This document shows positions 26,357-37,900 of a stretch of DNA of 64,000 nt, piece after piece. The DNA lies in the NCBI GenBank assembly GCA_033763315.1, contig JANRKS010000023.1, positions 1 to 64,000 on the forward strand, in the 5' to 3' direction. Position numbers and translations under genes: made by a program. Each line of letters opens with the position of its first letter. Position 1 is the first letter of the stretch. Below the pieces are notes generated by a model. It saw nothing but the letters and a program-made list of their open reading frames with translations, had not been told where the DNA came from and did not search any database. This DNA is from Deltaproteobacteria bacterium. GTDB taxonomy: Bacteria; Myxococcota_A; Polyangia; Fen-1088.

Positions 26357-29300
26357 TTGGGTTTGCAGCCCGAGCAGGCGATACTCCTGCATTCGTCCGT
26401 GACCGATAACCCCCCGCAAAGTAAATGGAAAAAGCGCAAGAAGCTGCTGCTGGCCGTGGCCGGCGGGCTGCTGGCGCTTGGCGCGGTGGCGTTTGGGCTG
26501 GCGGCCACGTTTCTGCAGGGGCCCCGGCTTGGCGGATTCCTCACGGCGATCGTTGGCAAGATCGGCCTCCCCGGCAACGTGCAAGTGGGCGCGATGTATT
26601 GGAAGCCGCGGGTGTTGTGGGATCTCGTTACCAACACGCCCACGCCGTTCGTGCTTGAGAATGTGAAGATCGACGATCCCGACGGCACGCGTGTGCTGGA
26701 TGTGAGTCGCTTGGCAACGAAGGTGGCGCTGCGTTCAGCGATGGCCGGCAAAGTGCGTCTGTTCGACGTGGACATCGGGCCACATTCCTATTGGCGCTTC
26801 GGCAGCACCAAAGATGGCAGCAAGGTTGGATTTCTCGCGGCGCTGATTCCGCCTCCCCCGCCCTTGCCCCCGGGCGCCAAACGTAAGCCGCCGTCAGATG
26901 ACTCGGGCTTCGTGCTTGAACTTGTCAACGCGAAGCTGAACGGGCTTTCGGCAGAATTTGATTTCCCGGGCGCGTGGGGGTTGCTGCTCAAAGATACCGA
27001 AGGGGACGCCACCTTCATCATCGACGGCCCCTTCGTGGGGTTCGACGCCAACAACCTTCACGCACGCCAAGGCAGCTTCCTGCGCATTTTGGATGGGGAA
27101 CTGCTGCCGTTCGACGATGTGAAAGTCAAACGCGTGGCAACAACACGCGAGTGGAAGAACGACATCTTCTTGGAAGTCGAAGCGGGTCGCACAGGCCGAT
27201 CCGTGCTCACAGGCAAAGGCTTCTTTACCCACATCTACGACGAAGGCCCGCCCGGCATCGATCTGCACGCTGAGTTCGCACACGCAGGCGATGCGCTCGC
27301 CGCGGTGGCTGCGGGGCATAAGATTGAAGGGTTGACTGTGGCCGGGCCCGAAGCCACGGTGGTCTTGGATCTTAAACAGCCCTTCTCTGCCATCGATGTG
27401 AAGGCAAAGATCGCAAAGCTCGACGTGGGGTACGCCGGCGGGCACGCCAAGGATTTGCAGTTGGCACTCGACTTTTCGGGTGCCGAACCCATGACCGTGG
27501 GTGTGCGCGACCTTAAATTCAAGGTTCCTCAAGGCGGCAACGTTGAGTTGGGCGCACGCATGGTTGTGGGCGGCGAGGCCACAGCAGATCTGCGTTTACG
27601 CAACGTGGTTCCGGACGCGTTCTTGCCTCCGGCCTTGAAGCTGCAGGCCTCAGGCATCGCCAACGGGCAAGTGCAAGCCAAGTACAACTTCGCCAATCAA
27701 TCGGGCGACGTTTCACTCAAGGGCGTGCGATTTGCGCGCAAGTATGAAGCGGGCCTGCCGCGCAACATCTTCGTCGATGGCGTGATAACGGGATCATCGC
27801 AGCGAGCCGACGTGAAGCAACTGCAAGTGACGATCCCCGGTGCAGACGTGCAGCTGCGGGGGCGCGTGGACATCGTGAAGAAACTTGTGGCGTTGCAGCT
27901 CAAAGCGCAGGCGCAGAATCTGCCTTTGGCGCTCTCGTTTTTGCACCCACCTGATCTGTTGCCCAAATCAGCCTCCCTGCAAGTGCACGTGGATGGCTCG
28001 CTCGATAACCCCAACGTTGTGGGTTCCGCGGCCGTGCGCAGCGTGGGCATCGGCGAGTTGGGCACCGCCCCCGAGTTGCACGCCCGCTTCATGCTCAAAG
28101 ATGGCACGGCGCACGTGCAATCGCTCAAGGGCGAGATCTTTGGTGGCAAGATCGATGTCTCTGGGCAGGCGCAAATCTATAAACAATCTATCGAGCGCAT
28201 GCTGGCGGCGCCGATCATCGACATCAAGGCGTTGGGTCAACGCATCGATCTTGGCAGCGTCTTGAAATCGCCCGCCGTGCTGGGGCGGCTGTCCTTCGAA
28301 GGCTGGGCCAAAGGGCCCGTGAACCGGCTGCTGGGACGGCTGGCGCTGCCGCCCGACACGCAACTTGAACTGCTGGGTCAGGTGTGGCGCGTCCGTGGCT
28401 TCGAGGTGGTTGTGGATCCCAAAGAATTGGTGCTGCGTTCGACCGACATCACCCGCGATCGTGGAGGCCGCATCCAATTGGAAGGCCGCCTCGGGTTAAA
28501 CGCGCCCCAACAGATGCAGTGGACGGTGCGCATTGTTGATTTTCCCCTGAACGACATCCCCGGTGTGGCGCCCGACTCACTGCCACCCCTGCAAGGCACC
28601 CTCAACGCGACCCTTGTGGTCACGGGAAATCCCGCAGCCCCGCAACTGGCCGGCGAGGTTTCACTTAAAGGCGTGGCGGTCGGCGACATTATCTTGGGCG
28701 ATGGGCAGCTCACCCTGCAAGGCTTGCCTCCCGCTGGCACGCGGCTCCGGGGCACCTTGTTCGATCGCTTTGCGATCAACGCCGATGTGTCGTTGCCCAA
28801 AGCGGGCCCCACCATTGCCGCCGAGGTGGGTTGGCAGAATCTGGATTTGGCGGCCTTGGCGCCCGCCATCATGGAGCGCGTGGGTTTCACAGGGCGCACA
28901 AGCGGCAAGGTGAAAGTGGCAATTGTGCCCAACAAACCCCTGACTGCTGAACTTCGTATTGATGACTTGGATTTGGCCTCGCGGCCCCGGAACGATCTGT
29001 TGGGCGGCGGCCCTCCCTTGGTGGTGAAGAACCAAGGTCCGATCGTGGCTCGCGTGCAAGGCGATCTTGTGACGCTTGAAAACAGTCGCTTTGACACCAC
29101 GGGCGGGCTCATCGAAGTTGGCGGCACCCTACAAGGGGATCAGATCAAGGGCGCCCTTGTGCGTGGCCAGCTGGATCTTGCGCTGTTGGCGCCCGCCTTG
29201 GCTCCCTACGTGCAGCGCTCCGAGGGCAACATCACCTTGGCCTTACGCGCCCAGGGCCCCCTTTCCCACCCGCGGATTGAAGGCAATCTCACCGTCACGC

Positions 29301-30922
29301 GGCCCATCGAAGTGCGTTTTGCCACCCTCGATATCCCCGTGAGCGTGCCCGAAGGCCGGGTGAAGATCAGTCCCGCGGATCTTGAGCTGCAGAACCTGAT
29401 TGTGGTCGTTGGCGATTCACGCCTCAAGCTTCAAGGGCGCGCGAACTTCGACAAAGACTATAACGTCACCCGCTACGGCATCGGCATTGAAGGCTCGTTA
29501 AATGCGAAGCTTTTGCCGCTGTTGGCCCCCGGCGCCATCACCGAAGCCGATGGCACGCTTGAACTGCGGGGCCGCATTGGTGGCACGCCCACGAAGCCTG
29601 ATTTCGATGCCAAGGTGCTTGTGAAGAACGTGTCTTTGCGGCTGCGCGATCTCGGGCGTTTGATTCGTGTCGAAACTGGCGATTTGACATTGAACCCGCG
29701 GGAGGCGCGCATAGAAAAGCTGCGCGCCACGATCGACGATCAAGGCACCATCACGATCGGCGCCCAGGGCCAGGAGCCTGGGCGTTTGGTGTTTGAACAA
29801 CTTCTACCCACGATCAAGATCAAGTATGCGCATCTGCCGGTGCGTGGGGAGCGCTTGGCGTACCGGTCACCCGGCGTCTTTGCGTTGGATGACATTGGCT
29901 TTGCGCTTGAGCTTGAAGGCGATCTGCAAAAGCAACTAAGCCTCTCCGGTGACGTGCGCATCGTCAGTGGCCGCTTCACGCAGCCCGTCGCGATCAAGGA
30001 TCTCGCGATCTCCAGCCGCTTGCTGGGCGAATCGTATGGCCGCGGCACGCCCAACCCGTTGATTGATGACATGCGCTTGGATCTCCGCGTGCGCACGGTT
30101 GGCGATACGTTTTTGGTGCAAAACAATCTCGCGCCAGAGATGTACGCGCTCGTGGATCTGCACGTGGGTGGCACGGCCGGCAACCCGCAGCTCGACGGTT
30201 CGATCCTGCCAACGGATGGCCGTTTTCAGATTCCAGGCACGGGCTCGCGTGGCTATTTCGATCTCGTGCCCGGCACCAACTCGATCGTCTTTGTGGGCAC
30301 CAAGATCTTGGGCCAAACAACGCCTGAGCTGAACCTTGAGGCGGAAAGCTTGGTCACCGATGTGGACGGCTTGGAGCACAATGTGCGGATGCGCATCCGA
30401 GGCCCCGTGAGCCAAGCGGAGATCAGCTTTTCCACCACCGACACGGGCCTGAACCAGAATGAGACGCTGCTGCTCTTGCTTTCGGGCCGTTCCAGCACCA
30501 GTTCGGTGCGTTTCGGCACCAGCAGCGCCAACTTAGGCCGCAACCTCGACACCGGCTTTCAAGTGGCGGGCAACGTCACGCGCGACCTGGTGGACAACCT
30601 GCTTCAGCCCTATATCAGCGACACCTTGGGGCTGCTCACGGGCGACAAGCTGCAACTGCGTCCGACGCTCGGCCCCGACGGCGTGGAAGTGCGTTTGTTC
30701 GGTCGCGCCGGGCGTTACCTGCGCTTGCAGCTGAATTATCTTCAGGGCTTTCAAGGCATGCGGCAGGCGCGCAATGAAGTGCGGCTGTGGCTGGCCGATT
30801 TTTTCTCGTTCCGAACGTTTGCGGAGTATCTGGTTCTTCCTCAGCAAGGCATCGTCGAAACCAGCACGTCTTTGAACCTGGAACTGTTCGCCGAGTGGCC
30901 CATCCGCTTCGACCTGCCGTAA
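26357..30922 (+). CDS. tamB: TamB/AsmA-like translocation-assembly protein (about 1500 aa)
   Basis: N-terminal TM anchor, long beta-rich repeats (PQLAGEVSL, PRIEGNLTV, PQLDGSI), DUF490-like C-terminus; directly upstream of an Omp85 gene. Start uncertain. Confidence 0.8.
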   Translation: MGLQPEQAILLHSSVTDNPPQSKWKKRKKLLLAVAGGLLALGAVAFGLAATFLQGPRLGGFLTAIVGKIGLPGNVQVGAMYWKPRVLWDLVTNTPTPFVLENVKIDDPDGTRVLDVSRLATKVALRSAMAGKVRLFDVDIGPHSYWRFGSTKDGSKVGFLAALIPPPPPLPPGAKRKPPSDDSGFVLELVNAKLNGLSAEFDFPGAWGLLLKDTEGDATFIIDGPFVGFDANNLHARQGSFLRILDGELLPFDDVKVKRVATTREWKNDIFLEVEAGRTGRSVLTGKGFFTHIYDEGPPGIDLHAEFAHAGDALAAVAAGHKIEGLTVAGPEATVVLDLKQPFSAIDVKAKIAKLDVGYAGGHAKDLQLALDFSGAEPMTVGVRDLKFKVPQGGNVELGARMVVGGEATADLRLRNVVPDAFLPPALKLQASGIANGQVQAKYNFANQSGDVSLKGVRFARKYEAGLPRNIFVDGVITGSSQRADVKQLQVTIPGADVQLRGRVDIVKKLVALQLKAQAQNLPLALSFLHPPDLLPKSASLQVHVDGSLDNPNVVGSAAVRSVGIGELGTAPELHARFMLKDGTAHVQSLKGEIFGGKIDVSGQAQIYKQSIERMLAAPIIDIKALGQRIDLGSVLKSPAVLGRLSFEGWAKGPVNRLLGRLALPPDTQLELLGQVWRVRGFEVVVDPKELVLRSTDITRDRGGRIQLEGRLGLNAPQQMQWTVRIVDFPLNDIPGVAPDSLPPLQGTLNATLVVTGNPAAPQLAGEVSLKGVAVGDIILGDGQLTLQGLPPAGTRLRGTLFDRFAINADVSLPKAGPTIAAEVGWQNLDLAALAPAIMERVGFTGRTSGKVKVAIVPNKPLTAELRIDDLDLASRPRNDLLGGGPPLVVKNQGPIVARVQGDLVTLENSRFDTTGGLIEVGGTLQGDQIKGALVRGQLDLALLAPALAPYVQRSEGNITLALRAQGPLSHPRIEGNLTVTRPIEVRFATLDIPVSVPEGRVKISPADLELQNLIVVVGDSRLKLQGRANFDKDYNVTRYGIGIEGSLNAKLLPLLAPGAITEADGTLELRGRIGGTPTKPDFDAKVLVKNVSLRLRDLGRLIRVETGDLTLNPREARIEKLRATIDDQGTITIGAQGQEPGRLVFEQLLPTIKIKYAHLPVRGERLAYRSPGVFALDDIGFALELEGDLQKQLSLSGDVRIVSGRFTQPVAIKDLAISSRLLGESYGRGTPNPLIDDMRLDLRVRTVGDTFLVQNNLAPEMYALVDLHVGGTAGNPQLDGSILPTDGRFQIPGTGSRGYFDLVPGTNSIVFVGTKILGQTTPELNLEAESLVTDVDGLEHNVRMRIRGPVSQAEISFSTTDTGLNQNETLLLLLSGRSSTSSVRFGTSSANLGRNLDTGFQVAGNVTRDLVDNLLQPYISDTLGLLTGDKLQLRPTLGPDGVEVRLFGRAGRYLRLQLNYLQGFQGMRQARNEVRLWLADFFSFRTFAEYLVLPQQGIVETSTSLNLELFAEWPIRFDLP

Positions 30923-30928
30923 TTGCAC

Positions 30929-33900
30929 ATGCGCTTTCGCCCCACCCTCTACGTGTTGTGTTCGCTGTTGTTTGCGAACGCATCGGCGCGCGCGCAGAAC
31001 GCGGACGAAGCGCCGCCTGCGCCCGTGGCCGTCGCACCCGTGGTGGTGGGTTTCGAGATTGCGGGCACTCTCATCGATCCGCCTGAGAAGCTGCGCGATT
31101 TCGTGCAAGCGTGGCTGCCACCACAAACCCAGTTCATCGAGTCAGGCGATTACGACGCCGTCGGCACACCCATCGGCACCTTACCCCGGGTGGCCCGGGC
31201 CCTGGATGGAATTGGCTATCAGGCATACGTAGAGGCGGTGCCCGCCACCGGCGGCGTCAAGCTGAAGATCGATGTGCACCCCTACGATCGCTTGCGACAG
31301 ATCTTTGTGAAAGGCAACTGGCCGGTGCGCCAAGACGAGATCATCCGGCGTCTTTCAATTCGGCCCGGCATGCCCATACCGCCGCCCGGCAAATTGCGCG
31401 AAGCCTGGATGGCCGAAGAGGTGGATCGGGTTCTTACCTTCCTCAAATCGCAAGGCTACCTCGACGCTGACGTTCACATGCGGCTTGACGCACGCCCGCG
31501 TGAGCCTTCGCCGGTGAACATCACGGTCACCATCAAGTTGGGCAGCGATTACCCCATAGGAAAGATCGACATCGATGGTCCCCAGCTGATACCTCGTGAC
31601 GAGGTAGAGAGTTTGTTTCGCCACTATAAGTGGTACTTGCTTTGGCTCGACGAGAGTCCCTTTACCCGCGCGCAGTTACGCGTTGATGTTGCGAAACTGG
31701 TTGAACGATACCGCGCGCTGGGCTTTCCGGCCGCACGAGTGTTGCCCGACTTTGATACCGAGCTCGCACAGGCCAGTGGCCAAAAGAATGTGCCGCTGCG
31801 TCTTTTGGTTGAACCGTTCAAGAAGGTGGACGTGGTTTTCCAGGGCAACGATTGTTGCGCCGACGCAGAGCTTCGAGAACAGCTGACGTTCTTCAACCAG
31901 GGCGTGTTCGACGACTACGAGGTGCAAGAAAGCCGCGCGGCGATCGCCCGCTTTTACCGCCAACGCGGCAACATGTTGGTGAAGGTCAACGCCCGCCGCG
32001 AACGCGTCGATGCCGACAACGATCGGGTTGTGTTCAACATCGAAGAAGGGCCACGCATCTACGTGAAGCGTGTGTCATTCGATGGCAACCAGGCGATTTC
32101 CGACGAACGTCTCGCCGACGTCGTGGGCGTCAAAGAATTCCCCTGGTACGGACACCTTGGTCTTGGTGGAGGCGGCTACGCATCATTGCAGCAGCTTGAG
32201 AACGATGCCCTTCGCATTCGTGATCATTACACGGCTTCGGGGTTTGGCCCCACGCGGGTGGAAGTGCAAGTGGCGCCCAACGAGAATGATTTTCGTCCGC
32301 TCGAAGACCTTGAGTCAGAACGCGACGCCGACGTGTGGCAGGCCACCGACAAGCTGTTTGTGCGCTTTGTGGTCACCGAAGGTCCGCTGCTCACGGTGAC
32401 CAAGGTTTCTTTCCGCACAAGCGACGGCAAGCCGTTGCCGTTATCGCAAGAAGTCCTGGCCAAGTCGATCCTCACGCGAGCCGGCGAGCCCTACGTCCCA
32501 AGCCGGATGGACAGTGACGAACGTTCGCTTGAGCGTCTGCTTCGCGACCGCGGGTACCCATACGGCACCGCGGTGTCCGAGGTGGAAGAGAACGGCAACG
32601 GACGTTCCGTGGAATGGTTCTTGGCGCCCGGCAAGCCCGCCACCGTCGGTCCCATATTCATTCGCGGTAACTTCCTCACCAAAGAGAGCACAATTTTGCA
32701 GTGGGTGACCGCCAGGCCCGGTGACAAGCTCACCACTCGTTCGCTTGAACGTGGCCAACGCAACCTGGCGCTTCTGCAGTATTTCACGAACGCCAGCCCC
32801 CTCGCCTTTCCCGGCATCGAGGCCGGCCTGCATACGGTGCCGCTGCTGATTCAAGTGCAAGAGCGCCACGATCACTATGGCGTCGTGCGCTTCGGCTTGG
32901 GTGGCGCCACAGATCAAAAGGCTCCTGACGCCACCTTCCCCTTGGGCTTCTATTTTTCCGGCGGTTATGAACACGGCAACCTTTTGGGTCGCGGGTATTC
33001 GTTGCGCGCCACGGGCCGCTGGGGCCAAAACTTGCGCAGCATCTCTTCGGATTTTCTTAACCCCCGCGTGGCCGGTACGATGTTCCGCCTCGCTCTGAAC
33101 GCCAGCTATCTCGCGCGCAAAACCGAGCGGTTGGGCGACACCCGGGTTGGCACCGCCACCATCGCGCTGCTGCGACAGCTTTTCCCGGGCTTTGATTCTT
33201 TCGTGCGATATCAGATCCGCGACAGCAGCGGCACCGAGTTTCTGGTCCGTGGTGGCGGCGCTGACGAAGGGCAACAAACGGCGCGCATCGGCGCGTTGGT
33301 GGGCGCCGCGGGCATCGGCTTCGATTGGGTTCAGCTGGACAACCGCCTGGCGCCTCGCCAGGGCTTTAAACTTGATGGCTACATCGAACTCGCCACGCCC
33401 GCGTTGTCGTTCGATTATGGCGAGAACACGTTCGTGAAATTCCAGCTGCAGTCGCTCAACGTGGTGCCGCTGTCGCGCCGTTGGTCGTTGCGACACACCA
33501 TGCGCTACGCACAGGGGGTGCCGCTCGACGGCTCAACGTTGTTGCCAAAAACGGAGCGGTTCTCAGCCGGTGGCGACACAACTTTACGCGGCTATCAATT
33601 CGAGCGCGCCCGCACCGAGGTGCGTGAGTACCCGTTGGCCAATGGTCTCAACCTCGTCCAGTTCTTCCCCTTGGGCGGCAACCTGCGCATCTTGAGCAAT
33701 CTGGATCTGCAGGCCCAAGTCAGCGGCCCATTCTACGCGGGCGTGTTTTTGGATTCAGGCATCGTGGAGGATTCGTTGGACGCCGTGCAAGCGCGCCGAT
33801 TCCGTCATGGTGCCGGTGTGGCACCGTTGGTGGTCAAGCTTCCGGTGGGCGATCTGAGCGTCTCTTGGGCCTGGCCTTTGGATCCCGGGCCGGGCGATAG

Positions 33901-33943
33901 CCGCCTCGGCCGGCTTCACTTCAACGTAGGCTTGATGTTCTGA
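30929..33943 (+). CDS. Omp85-family (TamA/BamA-like) outer membrane protein with a long POTRA region
   Basis: Signal peptide, POTRA-like repeats (VVFQGN, VSFDGN, IFIRGN), loop-6 motif AGGDTTLRGY, terminal HFNVGLMF. Confidence 0.92.
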   Translation: MRFRPTLYVLCSLLFANASARAQNADEAPPAPVAVAPVVVGFEIAGTLIDPPEKLRDFVQAWLPPQTQFIESGDYDAVGTPIGTLPRVARALDGIGYQAYVEAVPATGGVKLKIDVHPYDRLRQIFVKGNWPVRQDEIIRRLSIRPGMPIPPPGKLREAWMAEEVDRVLTFLKSQGYLDADVHMRLDARPREPSPVNITVTIKLGSDYPIGKIDIDGPQLIPRDEVESLFRHYKWYLLWLDESPFTRAQLRVDVAKLVERYRALGFPAARVLPDFDTELAQASGQKNVPLRLLVEPFKKVDVVFQGNDCCADAELREQLTFFNQGVFDDYEVQESRAAIARFYRQRGNMLVKVNARRERVDADNDRVVFNIEEGPRIYVKRVSFDGNQAISDERLADVVGVKEFPWYGHLGLGGGGYASLQQLENDALRIRDHYTASGFGPTRVEVQVAPNENDFRPLEDLESERDADVWQATDKLFVRFVVTEGPLLTVTKVSFRTSDGKPLPLSQEVLAKSILTRAGEPYVPSRMDSDERSLERLLRDRGYPYGTAVSEVEENGNGRSVEWFLAPGKPATVGPIFIRGNFLTKESTILQWVTARPGDKLTTRSLERGQRNLALLQYFTNASPLAFPGIEAGLHTVPLLIQVQERHDHYGVVRFGLGGATDQKAPDATFPLGFYFSGGYEHGNLLGRGYSLRATGRWGQNLRSISSDFLNPRVAGTMFRLALNASYLARKTERLGDTRVGTATIALLRQLFPGFDSFVRYQIRDSSGTEFLVRGGGADEGQQTARIGALVGAAGIGFDWVQLDNRLAPRQGFKLDGYIELATPALSFDYGENTFVKFQLQSLNVVPLSRRWSLRHTMRYAQGVPLDGSTLLPKTERFSAGGDTTLRGYQFERARTEVREYPLANGLNLVQFFPLGGNLRILSNLDLQAQVSGPFYAGVFLDSGIVEDSLDAVQARRFRHGAGVAPLVVKLPVGDLSVSWAWPLDPGPGDSRLGRLHFNVGLMF

Positions 33944-33963
33944 ACGCCAGCCCAGCTGCCCGC

Positions 33964-34767
33964 TCACAGGGGCGCGATGTAAGCGATTTTCTGATGCTGG
34001 CGCTCGAACTCGCCTTTGGCTTTGGCCGCATCTTCGGAGGTGGCGAACTTGCCGACGCGCACGCGGAACCAACGGCCTTTGCCGGGGATGTCGGAGGTCA
34101 CCATATAGGGAGCGGCATCCGGGAATTGAGACATAAAAGCGTCCGCTTCTTCTTTGCTTTGAAAGGATCCCAGCTGCAAAGAGAACTTGGCCGGGGCGGC
34201 CGCAAGCTTTGCCTTCTCGGCTTTGCTTAGTTCGGGCTTTGTGCCCGGCTTTTTGGCATCCGCCTTCACGGCTGCGGCCTCGTCGGCTTTCACCGCGGTG
34301 GGGGCAACGGCCACTTTGGCCGGTTCAGGTGCCGGCTCAATCACTTTGGGTTTCTCGGCTGCTTTAGGCGCCACAGCGGGCTCGGGTGCCGCTTCTGCCT
34401 TCGGCGCGGGTGCCTCTGGGATGGGCTTGGCTTCGGCTTTGGCGAGCTTCTTCTCAGGTTTGGGCGTGGGGGCCTGAATCAGGGTTCGCGGAAAGGTTAT
34501 CGTCTCGTCAGCGTTGCCAGGCGTCGCTGCGATTCGATCCAACAGTGCCAAGGGATCTTCGATTTCGGGTGCCGCAGCCCGGCCACGCGATTCGAGCCGC
34601 TTGCCAACCACCACACCTAAAACGAACAGCAGACAAGCCACGAGGGCGCTGCCAAAGAACAAGAAGAATACCTGACGGTTATCGAGTCGGATCTCGATCT
34701 TGTCTTTCCAGCGCTCAACGTCGCGCAGGGTTCGGTCCTCCATCGCAGCGGATGCAGTGTAACGCAT
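33964..34767 (-). CDS. Bitopic SPOR-domain protein (DedD/FtsN-like architecture)
   Basis: TM helix, Pro/Ala/Lys linker, FSLQLGSFQSKEEA...WFRVRVGKF. Confidence 0.92.
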   Translation of the reverse strand: MRYTASAAMEDRTLRDVERWKDKIEIRLDNRQVFFLFFGSALVACLLFVLGVVVGKRLESRGRAAAPEIEDPLALLDRIAATPGNADETITFPRTLIQAPTPKPEKKLAKAEAKPIPEAPAPKAEAAPEPAVAPKAAEKPKVIEPAPEPAKVAVAPTAVKADEAAAVKADAKKPGTKPELSKAEKAKLAAAPAKFSLQLGSFQSKEEADAFMSQFPDAAPYMVTSDIPGKGRWFRVRVGKFATSEDAAKAKGEFERQHQKIAYIAPL

Positions 34768-34933
34768 TCTCCCTCCAGGTGCCCTAATCGTGCCAGCTCG
34801 TAACCATTCGCCTTTTGGCGAGCGCGAAGCAAGAAATCGCGCAGGGCGCGGTCATGCGTGAAGAGTCCCACATGCGCCTTACATGTAAGTAGTTCGTCCA
34901 CATGAGACGAATGTCAACTTTTTCGGTGGCCAG

Positions 34934-37900
34934 CTAGCGAATCTGGAAGGGACGCGCCGAAACGGAAACGTCGTATGCGGCCCGGCGGGTGTCGATCCGC
35001 AAGATCTGCCCGCGCTGGCTGCTGCCCAAAAGTCCGGCATCCACCATGTACACATAGGGAAAGACCGCGGGGCTCGCCTTGTCGTCGTCCTTGTTTGCAG
35101 GAACAAACGTGGGCCCCGTCAAGAACATCGCAGGCACCGCTATCTGGGGTTGGATGTTGGTCACGATCTGATCGGGGCGGAAGCCGCCTCGCACCGTGAA
35201 CTGCAAGGTGGCCCCATCGCCAAAGTTCTGTTCAAGGTTGGTGACGACGAAGCGCACTTCAGGGTTCTCAAACAACGCGTGAACGTGAAGTTGGCCTTTG
35301 ATGGCTGGATCCGTCAGCGCTGTTTCATCGAAGTTCGGCGCCACAAACAAACACGGGTTGCCTGCAACGCCTTCGGCTGCGGGGCTTTGACGCAGCAGCT
35401 GCGAGGTTAGCTTCACGCCCGGCGCCGGATCGGGAACGTTCGCGCAATGCGGGGCGGTCAAAGGAATGCGGTTGGCGAAGCGCGGGTTGCGGCTGGCGAG
35501 CGGCTGGCACAGGCCGTTGACGTCCACAGTGGTTGCAAAACTTGGCGTGAAGGTGCCGCGAACGAGGAATGACTTGCCGGCTTGAACCTCGTACGCGGTG
35601 GTTTCAGCCATGCACAACGGATCCGGCAACGGCGCTTCCACGCACAACCCCCGCGCGGGATCGCCGGCAGATTCACACACAAAACCCGCATCACAGTTCG
35701 CATCCACCATGCACGGCACCACGCAACGGGCCCCCTGCCCAGCCACGGGTTCCAGGCATTCGAATCGCGTGTTTCCTGCAGCGCAATCCTCGTTTTTGGT
35801 GCACGTGCTCACGGAAGGCCGCGGAAGCTCCTGCAGCTTCAACGCCAAGCCCAACTCCTTGGGTCCCGCATACGCCACTTCGTAACGACGACGGCTTTTG
35901 AGCAGGCGCTGGCACGCCACGCTTTGCCGAAACGCGGCTTCATCCGTCTTGCGCGTACACAAACCCGACACGCCGGCCACCGAGGGCACACACCTAAAAT
36001 CGTCTGGGTCGCCGCAATCCGCATCCACGCCGCAGCCGTCAAGGCGAATCACGTCGCCCGCTTGCACACCAGAGGCGCAGAACGCCGCGCCCACGTCTTC
36101 CCAAACGCCAACCGTGTTTGGCATCGAGCGATTCGCCAGGCGCCCCGTCGCGCGGCCCGCACCGGGAAGCGTGCCCTCCCAAACGACGGCCCACGTTTGC
36201 GGCACCACCTCTTCGGGACGATCGAAACAGGCATAGACCACGCCCGGCAACTCCGGAGAGCAGTATTTGTCGCGCTCCGTGGCGCCCTCCGGCAAGGTGC
36301 TATAGCCCTCGACGCGCGGGATCAGATCGCGCGACAAGTTCGGCCTCAACGCGAACGGCAAATCGCTATTGCCAACGCTGGCCGTGGGAGGGTTCGTCAC
36401 GCGCGGGCGTTTTCCGCCCTTGTCGAGTTCCACAAACGAGAGCGCATTTCGCAGCGAGTGGCTAAACGGCAAAGCCGACGCCCCTGGTGTGAGCTCCACC
36501 TCTTGCTGCGTGAACACGTTCACAACCAAGATGTCGCTGTTAGAAAGCAGCACATAGGCATAGGCACCCTTGTAGGCGCTGCCGGTGCTATCGGCATTGG
36601 CAGCCGGCTTGGCCTCGAAGAAGGTGACATCCACTGCGTGCGGAGGCAGCAAATCAGGCCCTGCGGCCAGCGGCGGCACTTGAATTCCAGGTCCGCGGGC
36701 ACGCAGCGTGCGTGGCAGGCCTGAGCCCACCGGCACGCATCGGGGATCCAAGCCCCCGGTTGCCAAAGCCTTGGTGTCGATGTTGGCGTCACACTCAACC
36801 TCCAGCCCGCCTACCTCAGCCGGCGCAAGATTGATCACCCGCACCGATCCATCACCGACCACGGCATACAAGAACTTGCCTTGGCCACCACCAACGAAGG
36901 CTCTATCTGTGGGGGCGAAAGGCTGCACTGAGGCGCGCAAGCGAAACACGCCCGCTGGTTGTTCGGCCAAACGCAGCGGCGCCCGGGCCTGCACGAGTCG
37001 GCCGTCATTTGTGGCCCTGACCGGGAGCACGGTGTCGGCGTCGCGGGCGCCAAGGTATAAAGTTTGACCGCCCTCCGGCGTGGCGTCTGCCACGTAGGGC
37101 AAGAATGTGAGGGCCTCAACGGCCAGACGCCCCATGGCAACCGCGCCCGCGTCTTCCTGGGGAAGGCCGGCATCGGGGACCACCGGGTTGGCCGCGACAT
37201 CAATCGCGCCGCAGTCCACGGGACACTGTGGGTTCGTGCCGGCCGGTTCCAGACCACTGGCTTTCACATAAGCGCTGTTGATCAACCGACCCGAGGGAAA
37301 CTCAACCAGACCGACGAGGCCGCACGAGGGAAAAGTGATCACAGCGCGCCATGGCTTCACAGCGCCATCCGCACCCACGCTACCCGTCAGCTGGCACGAC
37401 TTGGTGGCTGCGGCTGACGTGGGGCCAGGCAAAAAGGCAATCTCACCAGGACGGCTGCGCAAGGGGCCACCATCGGTGAGGACAGCAAGCCGTGTGCTGA
37501 CCGAACCGGGGCCCGTCACGGCGTTGGCGTTGTTAAAGACGCCGGCAAACAGTCGGCTGTTATCGACCAAACTCACATCACACGAGCCGCGGTTTGCGGT
37601 CACCGTCTTACAGCCATCAGGACTCACGGACAAAGCCTCGGGCAATTGCCCCACGGGCAACATGTTGTAGCCCGGCACCGCTGGATCAAGGTCCACCATG
37701 CGGTTGCGGTCAAAGTCCACCGCCCCTAATTCCCCTCGCGCAGAATTCGCAATCACACCCATCAGCCCCATCGTGCGGGCCTCCGAAGTGGCGTCGCGCG
37801 ATTCACCCGCCGGCAGCGGATCCGTGCACACACCCATCGTTGTGGCCGTCACCACAGGGCGGCCTCCCACGGTCGAAGCATGCATGCACACGAAAGAAAG

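Noticed and set aside
34780-34795. sigma54-like TGGCAC-N5-GGGCA upstream of the SPOR gene
   Set aside because: The -12 element lacks TT and the predicted start would cut off the clear GGAGG RBS, so it is too ambiguous to call.
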